Of a stretch of 56,533 nucleotides of DNA, positions 29,344 to 39,109 are shown in pieces (position 1 is the first letter of the stretch; every line of letters begins with the position of its first letter). The notes beneath the pieces are model-generated. The model had not been told where the DNA came from. It searched no databases and worked only from the letters and a program-made list of their open reading frames with translations. Position numbers and translations under genes: made by a program. Origin of the DNA: an uncultured Spirochaetia bacterium. Lineage in GTDB: Bacteria > Oederibacteriota > PGYV01 > CAYTNY01. The stretch covers positions 1 to 56,533 of the forward strand of contig CAYTNY010000002.1 in NCBI GenBank assembly GCA_964439215.1. Reading direction: 5' to 3'.

Positions 29344-30483
29344 CTACTGTATACTCCTCGGTTTCTCATTATCTTCATCTTCCAGTTCAATCCTCTGCCA
29401 TGTAGGACGGTCAACATCATTGTAATCATCATCCACATTTTTTCTTATCCAGCTGGTCATGTCTTTTGCTTTTTTAACGGTTCGTTCTTCTTGTGTCTTT
29501 GTCTCTTTTTCATTACCGGCATTCATCCCGGACATTAAAACAACAACCTCAATATCTTCGCCGAGTTCGGGGCTGCTGGCCATGCCGAATTTCACGCTCG
29601 CATCCCCGCCCACAAGGTCCTTAACATTCTTTATTTCACGCAGTTCTTCAATATTAATGTTGCCGACAAAATTAATCAATATGTTTCTCGCCCCATTAAG
29701 TTCAATTTTTCCGGTATATGGATCATTTATGGCTTTTTCAAAAGCTTTACGGACCTTTTCGGTCCCTGACTCTCGTCCGATACCCAAGAACGCATCGCCG
29801 TCGGCCTGAAGAGTTGTTTTAACATCTTCAAAATCTATATTCTGGATCCCTGTCATTGTAATCATCTGAACAAGCCCGTTTATTACCCTTATCAGGGCTT
29901 TATTTATTTCTCTATAGGCTTCTATAACATTCATCTGTTTATCACAGGCTTCATATATTCTGTCATTGGGTATTTCTATGACATTTTTCACTTTATCCTT
30001 CAGCTTCTTCATGGAATCTTTTACATATCCTTCTTTCCTGGAGTCAAGCTCCATTTCAAAAGGTGTTATAACCACCGCAACGGTGAGAATATCCATTTCC
30101 CTTGCAATTTCGGCTATAACCGGCGCAGCGCCGGATCCCGTGCCTCCTCCCAGACCCGCGGTAATAAAAAGAAGATCCGTTCCCCTGAGCATATTTTCAA
30201 TATACTCCCGGTCTTCTTCCGCTGCTTTTTCTCCCACACCGGGATTATTGCCCGAACCTCTTCCTCCTCTGAGTTTTTTCCCGATATGAACTTTTTCAGC
30301 CAGATCAACACGCTGCAGAGACTGAACATCTGTATTAACCGCTATCAACTCCGCTTCATTTATGCCGATTTCACACATATCATTCACGATATTGCATCCG
30401 CATCCTCCTACTCCCACTATTTTGATAATAGCGCCCACCGACTCTTCCGCTTCTTTCTCTACCAGTTCAAATTTCATTTCCAT
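29344..30483 (-). CDS. ftsZ: Cell division GTPase FtsZ (divergent)
   Basis: GLGGGTGSGAAPVIA tubulin signature, AVNTD, IPND, T7 loop NIDFED; directly after ftsA. Confidence 0.93.
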   Translation of the reverse strand: MEMKFELVEKEAEESVGAIIKIVGVGGCGCNIVNDMCEIGINEAELIAVNTDVQSLQRVDLAEKVHIGKKLRGGRGSGNNPGVGEKAAEEDREYIENMLRGTDLLFITAGLGGGTGSGAAPVIAEIAREMDILTVAVVITPFEMELDSRKEGYVKDSMKKLKDKVKNVIEIPNDRIYEACDKQMNVIEAYREINKALIRVINGLVQMITMTGIQNIDFEDVKTTLQADGDAFLGIGRESGTEKVRKAFEKAINDPYTGKIELNGARNILINFVGNINIEELREIKNVKDLVGGDASVKFGMASSPELGEDIEVVVLMSGMNAGNEKETKTQEERTVKKAKDMTSWIRKNVDDDYNDVDRPTWQRIELEDEDNEKPRSIQ

Positions 30484-30494
30484 AAAACACCTCC

Positions 30495-31745
30495 TTAAAT
30501 ATATTCACTTATTATTTTTTTTATAGACAGCCATATTCTGTCAAAGAAGCCTTTTCTTTTAAGAAAATAATTATTCACACCCTGTTCATGCATATAATAA
30601 TCAATCAAACCTATCGCTGTTGAGTATTCCGGAGTGCTCACTATATCGTACAGCCCTATTACTTTCTCTTTCAGCGGCGCTCCCACACGGACGCGCATAT
30701 TTGTTTCTTCTTTTATCAGTCTTTCAACCCCGTTCAAAAGCGATGACCCGCCTGTAATAACTATTCCTCCCGCATACATTGTTTTATCTATATTTTCTTT
30801 TTCAAGCTCCGCCTGTATAAATCTTACAAGCTCCTGAATACGCGGCCTTATATAACGGGTCAGTTCCCTTCTTAAAACATTCTCCACTTTGCTTGAACCC
30901 ATATCCGGCACTTCCACATATTCATCATCTCCCGCATCCTCCCCGTAAACCACTCCGTATTTCCTTTTTATTTCTTCCGCTGTAATCTTCGGCGTCTGCA
31001 GACCCTGCACAAGATCATTTGTGATAAGATTTCCTCCCACGGGTATAACCTTTACAAACCTCAGCGAATCTTTATAATACAGGGCCAGATCCGTTGTTCC
31101 GCCGCCTATGTCAACCAGCAGCACTCCGATATCTTTTTCATCCTGATAAAGAACCGCTTCCGCAGAACCCAAAGGCTGAAGTATTATATCTTCCGCTTTA
31201 TATCCTGCCTTATCAATAACCTTTCTCACGTTGTCTATCGCGGTAGTTGCGCCTGTTATAATATATGCATCCACTTCAAGTTTCATACCCGTCATACCCA
31301 GGGGATTTCTTATCTCATCCTGCGAATCAACAATATACTGCATGGGAAGAACGTGAAGTGTTTCCCTGTCATTTGACATCGGCAGGGACGTGGCGCCTTC
31401 AACAGCCCGGTCAATATCCGCTTCTGATATTTCTTTTTGTTTTGAATGGGACAGTGATGACATCCCGTGCCCTTTTATTCCCATTATATGTTTTCCCGAA
31501 ATAGAAGCTATCACGGCATCCACTCCAACATTTGCCATTTCCTCGGCTTTTTCGATTGAGCGTTTTATCGCCTTTGATGTATCGGCAATATTTACCACAG
31601 AACCTTTTGAAACCCCGTTGTTCTCCTGCCAGCCGACTCCTATCACATTTATTTCCTCACCTCTTATTTCCGCTATAACCGTACAAACCTTGGTTGTTCC
31701 AATATCCACTGCCGCTATTATGTTCTCCATGTCAGAATTTACCAT
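30495..31745 (-). CDS. ftsA: Cell division protein FtsA
   Basis: DIGTTKV, NPLGMTG, VDIGGGTTD, PVGGNLIT, VITGGSS. Confidence 0.97.
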   Translation of the reverse strand: MVNSDMENIIAAVDIGTTKVCTVIAEIRGEEINVIGVGWQENNGVSKGSVVNIADTSKAIKRSIEKAEEMANVGVDAVIASISGKHIMGIKGHGMSSLSHSKQKEISEADIDRAVEGATSLPMSNDRETLHVLPMQYIVDSQDEIRNPLGMTGMKLEVDAYIITGATTAIDNVRKVIDKAGYKAEDIILQPLGSAEAVLYQDEKDIGVLLVDIGGGTTDLALYYKDSLRFVKVIPVGGNLITNDLVQGLQTPKITAEEIKRKYGVVYGEDAGDDEYVEVPDMGSSKVENVLRRELTRYIRPRIQELVRFIQAELEKENIDKTMYAGGIVITGGSSLLNGVERLIKEETNMRVRVGAPLKEKVIGLYDIVSTPEYSTAIGLIDYYMHEQGVNNYFLKRKGFFDRIWLSIKKIISEYI

Positions 31746-31761
31746 TTTTCATCACATCCTT

Positions 31762-32346
31762 TCATTTTATTATCACCCTGTTTTTATATCTCATATCTAT
31801 CGCACTGTATCTCTTCCCCAGTTCCCCGGCCTTATCTGATACAAGTTTATATCTTTTCATTTTATCGTTATCAATCCGGTCGCCCGCGTATATTTTTTTC
31901 CCGTCCAGCGTAATAAGTATTATATTATCCGGATCATTAATAATAATTTCCGAAATCCCCGCAAGATAGCGCGGTTTTATTTTCAGCGCCTGCTTAAGGG
32001 CTTTTTTATGTTCTTCTCTTTTTTCATTGACATTTACGCCTGATATTACCGGGAACGATGACAATCCCATTTCATCAGGAATTATTTCAGCCCTGCCGTC
32101 CGTATAAATAACACGCACATCCTCCTTTATCATTATATAAGCCGGCCTTGAAAAAATATCAGGCATTCTGAATTCAATACCGTTTTTCTCAACAAAATAT
32201 TTAATAATAACACCGGCCGCCGCCAAAAACACCGCCGCAACCAAAAGACTGATCAAAGCGTTTCTCAAAACTTCCGCAATATTATTTAAACCTATCGCGG
32301 GGCTGTATGCTCTGTGGCGCCTGACAAAAAATTTCTTTTTTCTCAT
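31762..32346 (-). CDS. ftsQ: FtsQ/DivIB-like protein, short (no apparent POTRA domain)
   Basis: Located between ddl and ftsA; basic N-tail, one TM, FPVISG, C-terminal IDMRY..RVII. Confidence 0.7.
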   Translation of the reverse strand: MRKKKFFVRRHRAYSPAIGLNNIAEVLRNALISLLVAAVFLAAAGVIIKYFVEKNGIEFRMPDIFSRPAYIMIKEDVRVIYTDGRAEIIPDEMGLSSFPVISGVNVNEKREEHKKALKQALKIKPRYLAGISEIIINDPDNIILITLDGKKIYAGDRIDNDKMKRYKLVSDKAGELGKRYSAIDMRYKNRVIIK

Positions 32347-33272
32347 TCTTTCCTCTTTATTGCTTCTTTTATAAGAATACTTATAAGTTCATAAAAAGAA
32401 ATACCTGCGGCCCGCGCCGCTTCCGGAAAAAGGCTCGTACCTGTCATTCCGGGAAGTGTATTGGCCTCAAGAACGTAGCATTTATCTTTTCTTACAATCA
32501 TATCTATCCTGGAATAATCCCGGCATCCTAATTCCGCATGCAGTTTTACCGCCAGTTCCCGCGCTTTTTTTTCTGTTTTCCTTTTTATACGGGCGGGTAT
32601 TATATGTGTTGACCCGCCTTCGGTATACTTTGCGTCATAATCATAAAAATCGTTATGCGGCACTATTTCTATCACAGGCAGCACTCTGTCCAAAAGAACC
32701 GGAACGGTTATTTCCGTTCCTTTTATATATTCTTCAGCCAATACAAGCCGTCCGGAATCCTTGATCTTGCTCACTGCCGCGGCTGCTTCTTCTGCGTTTT
32801 TTGCAATAAATACATCCACCGCCGAACCTCCGGATTCAGGCTTTAAAACAACCGGATATTTTAATCCTTTTTTCCGTATTCCGTTTATATTTTCTATTAT
32901 TCCGCCTTCGGGCGTCGGAATTCCCGCCATATTCATTATATGCTTTGTACCAGCCTTGTTCATGGCCAGCGCGGACGCTAAAACTCCGGAACCCGTATAA
33001 GGTATTTTCATAAATTCCAGAATGCCCTGTATTATTCCGTCTTCTCCGTATTTTCCATGAAGCGCCAGGAAAGCGGCATCAATTCCGGCATTTTTTATTT
33101 TATCAATGCCGTTTCCTTTTATGTCTATCAGTTTCACTTTATGTCCGTTTTTCTTTAATTCTCCGGCAACAGCTTTCCCGGAAGCAAGAGAAACCATGCG
33201 TTCTTCAGAATCGCCTCCCATAAGAACACCTACTGTAAGCGCCTTAAATTTTTTATCCGGCATTCTCTTCAC
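32343..33272 (-). CDS. ddl: D-alanine--D-alanine ligase
   Basis: GGDSEER, LHGKYGEDG, GGSA, FYDYDAKY (Tyr-type omega loop), RIDM, EANTLPG. Confidence 0.97.
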   Translation of the reverse strand: MKRMPDKKFKALTVGVLMGGDSEERMVSLASGKAVAGELKKNGHKVKLIDIKGNGIDKIKNAGIDAAFLALHGKYGEDGIIQGILEFMKIPYTGSGVLASALAMNKAGTKHIMNMAGIPTPEGGIIENINGIRKKGLKYPVVLKPESGGSAVDVFIAKNAEEAAAAVSKIKDSGRLVLAEEYIKGTEITVPVLLDRVLPVIEIVPHNDFYDYDAKYTEGGSTHIIPARIKRKTEKKARELAVKLHAELGCRDYSRIDMIVRKDKCYVLEANTLPGMTGTSLFPEAARAAGISFYELISILIKEAIKRKE

Positions 33273-33297
33273 TCTGTACTCCTCCCGTCCGCGTTCA

Positions 33298-34203
33298 TCA
33301 TTTAATTATCCTCACTTCTTCTTTTAACTTTATTCCGTGTTTTTTATAAACCTGCCTCTTGACCTTATTTATAAGCCCTGTGACATCTTTAAAAGAAGCA
33401 TTTTCTTTATTTACTATAAAATTCGCATGTTTTCGCGAAACTTCCGCGCCGCCCAGGGAAACACCCTTCATACCCGCTTCTTCAATAAGACGGCCCGCCG
33501 AATAACGCGGAAATTTATTCTTAAAAACACTCCCTGCGGAATTTTCCTTCCAGGGATGTTTCATATGCCGTGATTTTATTATTCCCTTTATTTCTTCATT
33601 TATAAGGGCGCTGTCTCCTCTTTGGAGTCTGATTTCCACACCTGTTATAATCCATGTTTTTTTCTGAAAAACACTTCCCCTGTATAAAAAAACTCCTTTT
33701 TTATTTTCAATTGTCTTCATTTTCCCTTTCCTGTCCATTACATTTATCCTTTTTATTATATCCTCCATACATTTTCCGTATGCGCCCGCGTTCATGTAAA
33801 CAGCTCCTCCCATGCTTCCTGGAATACCCGCCATAAATTCAGCGCCCTTGAGCCCTTTTTCCGCAAGCCGCTTAAGAAAAACACTGTTTTTCACTCCTGC
33901 TCCCGCATAAACATGTGTTTTCCTGAAATCTATCTTTTCAAAACCGCCTTTAAGCCTGATAAATACCTTTCTTATAGCCCCCTCTCTTATAAGTACATTT
34001 GAAAAACATCCAAATACCATAAAATCAGATTTTTCAGCACTGCATATTTTTAATGCGGCTTCAAGCTGCTTCTCGTTCCCAACCTCAGCATAAACAGCTG
34101 CTCTGCCTCCTATTTTATATGTGGTGAGGCTCTTTACGCAGTAGTCTTTTTCTGTCTTTATTCCCTCAGCTTTGAAAAGTTTTACGATGTTCTCTGTTTT
34201 CAC
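33298..34203 (-). CDS. murB: UDP-N-acetylenolpyruvoylglucosamine reductase
   Basis: IGGRA, GIPGSMGGAVYMNAGAYG, YRGS, SAGSVFKN, HANF. Confidence 0.97.
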   Translation of the reverse strand: MKTENIVKLFKAEGIKTEKDYCVKSLTTYKIGGRAAVYAEVGNEKQLEAALKICSAEKSDFMVFGCFSNVLIREGAIRKVFIRLKGGFEKIDFRKTHVYAGAGVKNSVFLKRLAEKGLKGAEFMAGIPGSMGGAVYMNAGAYGKCMEDIIKRINVMDRKGKMKTIENKKGVFLYRGSVFQKKTWIITGVEIRLQRGDSALINEEIKGIIKSRHMKHPWKENSAGSVFKNKFPRYSAGRLIEEAGMKGVSLGGAEVSRKHANFIVNKENASFKDVTGLINKVKRQVYKKHGIKLKEEVRIIK

Positions 34204-35564
34204 AAAAGCTCCTTTTCAATTATTTTTCTCATTTCATTTATATTTCCAGCTCCAAGAAGAAAGATAAAATCGCCTTTATTCACTGTTTTTTTCAGTCTGT
34301 CTGTTATTTTCTTTCCGCCTTTGTCATAATATACTTTTTTAAATCCTTTTGCCTTCATCAGGTCCGATATGAGCGATGAAGATACTCCCGGCATGGGTTT
34401 TTCTCTGGCCGGATAAATATCATCAAGAATAACACAATCTGCCGCTGAAAGAGCTTCGGCAAATTCTTTATACATCTGTTTTGTCCGTGAAAAAAGATGC
34501 GGCTGAAAAACGGCAATAACTTTCCCGCCGGCAACTTCTCTGCCCGCCTCAAGAACTTTTCTTATTTCCACCGGATGATGGGCATAATCATCAACTATTG
34601 TAAAATTCCGGTTTTTATAAACATTAAACCGTCTCTGCACATTTCTGAAATTTTTAAGTGCTTTTTTTATGACGTCCGGCTTTATTCCCGCGCCGTGTGC
34701 GATCGCGATCGCGCATAATGCGTTCATAACATTGTATTTCCCCGGGATATCAAGTTCAAAGGATCCAAACTTTGAACCTTTTTCATATATGTCAAATGTC
34801 TGCGTAAGGCCTGACATCTTCAAATCCGCGGCATACATGTCGTTTTTCTTTGAAAAACCATAAAGATAATGTCTTACAAAAACATCATCAAGTATGGAGC
34901 GGATATTTCTGTCATCGCCGTTCAGATATGCCATCCCATAAAAAGGTATTTTATTTATGAAATTAACAAAAGCCTCTTTAAGCGCGTCCATTTTTTTATA
35001 AAAATCCATATGGTCATTGTCAATATTTGTGACTCCCGCAATAACGGGATTCAGATGCAGAAACGAACCATAAGCTTCGCAGGCTTCCGCTATCACATAC
35101 CTGCCTTTCCCCGCCTTCGCGTGGACTCCTTTTGCTTTCACCACGCCTCCGACTATATATGTAGGGTCTTTTTTTGCCTCTTCAAAAATATTCGCCAGCA
35201 TTGATGTCGTTGTTGTTTTACCGTGAGAGCCGGCTATTGCTATTCCCGTTTTCAGCCTGAGAATCTCATCCAGCATAACAGCTCTGGGCAGAACCGGTAT
35301 TTTCATTTTTTTCGCTTCCAGTATTTCCGGATTTGTATCCGGTACCGCATTGGAATAAACAACAACATCGGCTTTCTTTACATTTTTTCCATTGTGTCCG
35401 TTATAAACGATTCCGCCGAGTCTTTTTATACGTCTTGTATTGGAACTGTTTTTTATGTCCGAACCTGATACCTTATAGCCCATATTTATAAATATTTCCG
35501 CAATACCGTTCATGCCGGCTCCGCCTATCCCTATAAAATGGATTCTTTTTATTTTCTCAGTCAT
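34200..35564 (-). CDS. murC: UDP-N-acetylmuramate--L-alanine ligase
   Basis: IHFIGIGGAGM, GSHGKTTT, DNDHMD, RRF, DDYAHHP, VFQPH. Confidence 0.98.
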   Translation of the reverse strand: MTEKIKRIHFIGIGGAGMNGIAEIFINMGYKVSGSDIKNSSNTRRIKRLGGIVYNGHNGKNVKKADVVVYSNAVPDTNPEILEAKKMKIPVLPRAVMLDEILRLKTGIAIAGSHGKTTTTSMLANIFEEAKKDPTYIVGGVVKAKGVHAKAGKGRYVIAEACEAYGSFLHLNPVIAGVTNIDNDHMDFYKKMDALKEAFVNFINKIPFYGMAYLNGDDRNIRSILDDVFVRHYLYGFSKKNDMYAADLKMSGLTQTFDIYEKGSKFGSFELDIPGKYNVMNALCAIAIAHGAGIKPDVIKKALKNFRNVQRRFNVYKNRNFTIVDDYAHHPVEIRKVLEAGREVAGGKVIAVFQPHLFSRTKQMYKEFAEALSAADCVILDDIYPAREKPMPGVSSSLISDLMKAKGFKKVYYDKGGKKITDRLKKTVNKGDFIFLLGAGNINEMRKIIEKELL

Positions 35565-36648
35565 TTATTCTCTCCGTTATGATCCGGGCTATATTTTCCG
35601 CGCCGCCGGCTTTATATACCGCCCGTATGTTTTTTTTTATTTCTGAACCGGTTCTGCTGTTTAATATTTTTTTTAAAGCCTTCACAAATACTTCAGGCTC
35701 AAACTCGCTGTCTTTTACAACAACCGCGGCATTTGCGGCCCTGAATACATCCGCGTTTTTTTCCTGATGATTTCCGGCCGCATAAGGGTAGGGCACAAGT
35801 ATGGACGGAAGCTGCACCGCGGCAATCTCTGATAGCGTGGCGGCGCCTGCCCTCATGACACCCGCATCAGCGCACGAATATGCCTCTTCAGCATTCATAA
35901 TAAAGTCTTTCAGCTTAACCTTAACCCTTTTATTTTTTCCAAGGGCTTTCTTCAGACTTTCGTATTCCGCCTTTCCGCACATCCATAAAAGCTGGATATC
36001 CTTTATTTTTTCCAAAAGCGGCATTGAAGCGAGAACAGTTTTGTTTATATTAACGGCCGCTCTTGAACCCGGCATTATAAGCACTGTTTTCTTTGATAAA
36101 GAGAGCCCGAATTTTCCGCAGCTTTTTTTTCTGTTTCCTGTCCCTATGCCTTTTCTCACCGGATTCCCCGCCGCAAATGTTTTTCCGGCCGGAAACCATT
36201 TTTTTGTTTCTTCAAATCCCGTTGTAATAACAGAAGCCCTCTTTCCCAGGACTCTGTTAGCGAGCCCCGGATGCATATTAGGTTCATGTATCAGCGTTTT
36301 CTTTCCCATAAACTGCGCAGCCAAAACCACAGGAAAAGAAACAAAACCTCCCGTACCCGCCACAAAATCAGGATCAAAATCTTTTATATACGAACGCGCC
36401 CTGATAAATGCCTTTATATTGCCGGAGAAATTAATGATATTCCGAAAACTTATCTTTCTCACAAACGGATACGCCGCAATTCCTTTAAAAACATATCCAC
36501 GGTCCTTTATTATTCTCTTTTCCATACCATTTTCATTTCCTATAAAAAGCACCTCTGTCTTTTTGTTGTTTTTTTTCAGTTTCTCCGCAACAGCAACCGC
36601 GGGATATATATGTCCGCCTGTTCCGCCGCATGCAAAAATTATCTTCAT
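35557..36648 (-). CDS. murG: Undecaprenyl-PP-MurNAc-pentapeptide GlcNAc transferase
   Basis: GGTGGHIYPA, GTGGFVS, HEPN, GNPVR, RAGA, HQEKNA; true ATG at 36648 overlaps the ftsW stop (ATGA). Confidence 0.97.
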   Translation of the reverse strand: MKIIFACGGTGGHIYPAVAVAEKLKKNNKKTEVLFIGNENGMEKRIIKDRGYVFKGIAAYPFVRKISFRNIINFSGNIKAFIRARSYIKDFDPDFVAGTGGFVSFPVVLAAQFMGKKTLIHEPNMHPGLANRVLGKRASVITTGFEETKKWFPAGKTFAAGNPVRKGIGTGNRKKSCGKFGLSLSKKTVLIMPGSRAAVNINKTVLASMPLLEKIKDIQLLWMCGKAEYESLKKALGKNKRVKVKLKDFIMNAEEAYSCADAGVMRAGAATLSEIAAVQLPSILVPYPYAAGNHQEKNADVFRAANAAVVVKDSEFEPEVFVKALKKILNSRTGSEIKKNIRAVYKAGGAENIARIITERIND

Positions 36649-37748
36649 CGTCTTTCTCCAAATACCCGTTTCGCGGCTGACAGTAGTATTGCCGCGGCGC
36701 AAATGGAAACAACCAGCGAAGAACCTCCCGCACTGATAAAGGGAAGAGTTGTTCCCTTGGGAGGCAGGAGGGATGTTGCAACACCTATATTGACAAAAGC
36801 CTGAATAATAAACATCATGGTCACAGAACAGGCCAGAAATTTCAGAAATCTGTCAGACGCCGCATGAGCAATAGCAAATCCCCGCCACAAAATCACAAAA
36901 AACGCCGCCAGAATAAAAAACGCTCCAATTATGCCTGTTTCCTCGCCGATTATTGAAAAAATATAATCGGTGTGAGGCGTGGGGAGATAAAGAAATTTCT
37001 GCTGGCTGTGGGATATCCCAAGCCCGAATATCCCGCCGGACCCTATTGCAGTTAATGACTGGGCAGACTGCCATCCCGCGCCAAAATAATCCTTCCATGG
37101 ATCCAGATAAACAAATATTCTTTTAAGTCTATACGGCTGGCTTACAATAAGCCATGTAAAAATCCCAAGAAAAGCAGGTATGGAAATCAGCAGAAACTTT
37201 ACCGAAATACCCGATATAAAAAGCATAACAATAAAAAGCGCTGAAATTATGGCCATACCTCCAAAATCTCTCTGCAGTATAAGGCCCGCGCATAAAACAG
37301 CCGTAAAACCCGCGGCTCTTATAATTTTTTTCTGATCCTCCAGATTTTCGTCGGAAAAAACATACGCCAGCCATACAACATAAACAAGCTTTGCTATTTC
37401 AAAAGGCTGAAACGCAGGAAGAGCCCCCAATGTCAGCCACCTTGTTGCTCCTCCGGCTGTATTTCCCAGGCCCGGAAAATGCACCGCATATATCATAACA
37501 ATACTCACCGCAAGAGCTGCTGTCGCATACGGTTTTATCTTTTCCGGCCCGGTTTTAAAAAGTATTATTCCGAATATAATTCCTATAACCGCCCACATTA
37601 TCTGTTTTTTGAAAAAATAACCGGAATCGCCGTACCTGTCATACGCAATAACCGAACTGCTTGAATAAACCATTATCAATCCAAAAAGCAGCATCACAAC
37701 AAATACAAATAAAAGTTTATAATCAGTATTATCAAGATGTCTGTTCAT
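36645..37748 (-). CDS. ftsW: SEDS peptidoglycan polymerase FtsW
   Basis: MVYSSS, RWL, FQPFEIAK, QRDFG, HTDYIFSIIGEE, LPFISAGGSS. Confidence 0.96.
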   Translation of the reverse strand: MNRHLDNTDYKLLFVFVVMLLFGLIMVYSSSSVIAYDRYGDSGYFFKKQIMWAVIGIIFGIILFKTGPEKIKPYATAALAVSIVMIYAVHFPGLGNTAGGATRWLTLGALPAFQPFEIAKLVYVVWLAYVFSDENLEDQKKIIRAAGFTAVLCAGLILQRDFGGMAIISALFIVMLFISGISVKFLLISIPAFLGIFTWLIVSQPYRLKRIFVYLDPWKDYFGAGWQSAQSLTAIGSGGIFGLGISHSQQKFLYLPTPHTDYIFSIIGEETGIIGAFFILAAFFVILWRGFAIAHAASDRFLKFLACSVTMMFIIQAFVNIGVATSLLPPKGTTLPFISAGGSSLVVSICAAAILLSAAKRVFGERR

Positions 37749-39105
37749 TTTTTACCGCCTTAAGAACATTTTTTTTGAAAACATCGCCCCTGTGGCTGTA
37801 ATTTTTAAACATATCAAAACTGGCGCAGGCCGGCGAAAGAACAACTGATTCAACATCCGCATCAAGCCCGGCGTCCACTGCTTCAGCCATGGAAGAAACC
37901 CTGACAACCGGAATTTTATCAGAAAAAATATTTTCTATTTTAACCGCGTTTTCTCCAAGCGCTATAATAAGTTTTATATTTTCTCCGGCCGCGTCATAAA
38001 GGGGTCTGAAATCCGTTCCCTTTTCTCTGCCTCCCAGAATCAGCGCGGTATTCTTTCCGAATGAACTTACTGCTTTTACCGCCGCGTCTATATTTGTCGC
38101 CTTGGAATCATTATAAAAAGTTTTCCCTCCGGCAGTCCCTGCATATTCCATGCGGTGAGGCAGCCCGTTAAAATTCTTGATGGTTTTTTCCGTCATTTTA
38201 AGATCAAACTTCATTATGTCTGATATAATCAGACACGCTGTTATGTTCTCATAATTATGAGGCCCGCGGAGTTTAATATTTTCTGCTCCGAAAATTTCTT
38301 TTTCTTCGCCAAAAACATTTTTATAGAAAAAATTATTTTTCATATAATACCCGTCAGGAATTATATCCGATACCGAAAATAAAACTTTATTTGATTTTGA
38401 CATGGAAGACATTATATTTGTAAACCTGTCATTTGCATTAAGAATGAGATAATCATTGTCATTCTGATTGCGGAATATCCTGGCTTTTGCTTCGGCATAT
38501 TCCTGTATGCCCGCATACCTGTCAAGATGATCCTCTGTTATATTAAGTATAACCGCGATATAAGGTTTAAACTTCTTTATTGTTTCCAGCTGAAAACTTG
38601 ACACTTCAAGAATAATATATTCATATGTGCGGTCTTTCATCAATACATCACATAAGGGCGTTCCTATATTTCCGGCAAGCGCAGTTTTTTCACCGGTTTG
38701 CTGTGCTTTAAATATTTCATACATCAATGTTGCGGTTGTTGTTTTTCCGTTTGTTCCGGTAACCGCTATTATTTTCGCGTCCGTATAACCGCAGGCAAAT
38801 TCTATTTCTCCCACGATCTCTTTGCTGTGCCTTGCCGCCATGTCATACCAATCGCCGGCGGCGGGAATTCCCGGACTCATAATTATCACATCTGATTCCA
38901 GTATTGTTTCATTTGAATGCACACCGGTCTCAAGCACCACTCCGCGCCCTTCAAGCAAAAGCGCTTCTTCACTCAGTTTCTCTTTGGGCTTTATATCACT
39001 CAACGTTACCCCCGACGCTCCCAGCGCCAGGGCAAACTTTGCCGCAGAAACACCGCTCTTTCCCGCGCCGAGCACGAGCACTTTTTTTCCTTTTACCTGC
39101 GTCAT
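37732..39105 (-). CDS. murD: UDP-N-acetylmuramoyl-L-alanine--D-glutamate ligase
   Basis: GAGKSG, TGTNGKTT, EVSSFQL, DHLDRY, NDSKATN, LSPACASFD. Confidence 0.98.
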   Translation of the reverse strand: MTQVKGKKVLVLGAGKSGVSAAKFALALGASGVTLSDIKPKEKLSEEALLLEGRGVVLETGVHSNETILESDVIIMSPGIPAAGDWYDMAARHSKEIVGEIEFACGYTDAKIIAVTGTNGKTTTATLMYEIFKAQQTGEKTALAGNIGTPLCDVLMKDRTYEYIILEVSSFQLETIKKFKPYIAVILNITEDHLDRYAGIQEYAEAKARIFRNQNDNDYLILNANDRFTNIMSSMSKSNKVLFSVSDIIPDGYYMKNNFFYKNVFGEEKEIFGAENIKLRGPHNYENITACLIISDIMKFDLKMTEKTIKNFNGLPHRMEYAGTAGGKTFYNDSKATNIDAAVKAVSSFGKNTALILGGREKGTDFRPLYDAAGENIKLIIALGENAVKIENIFSDKIPVVRVSSMAEAVDAGLDADVESVVLSPACASFDMFKNYSHRGDVFKKNVLKAVKNEQTS

Positions 39106-39109
39106 TTCT

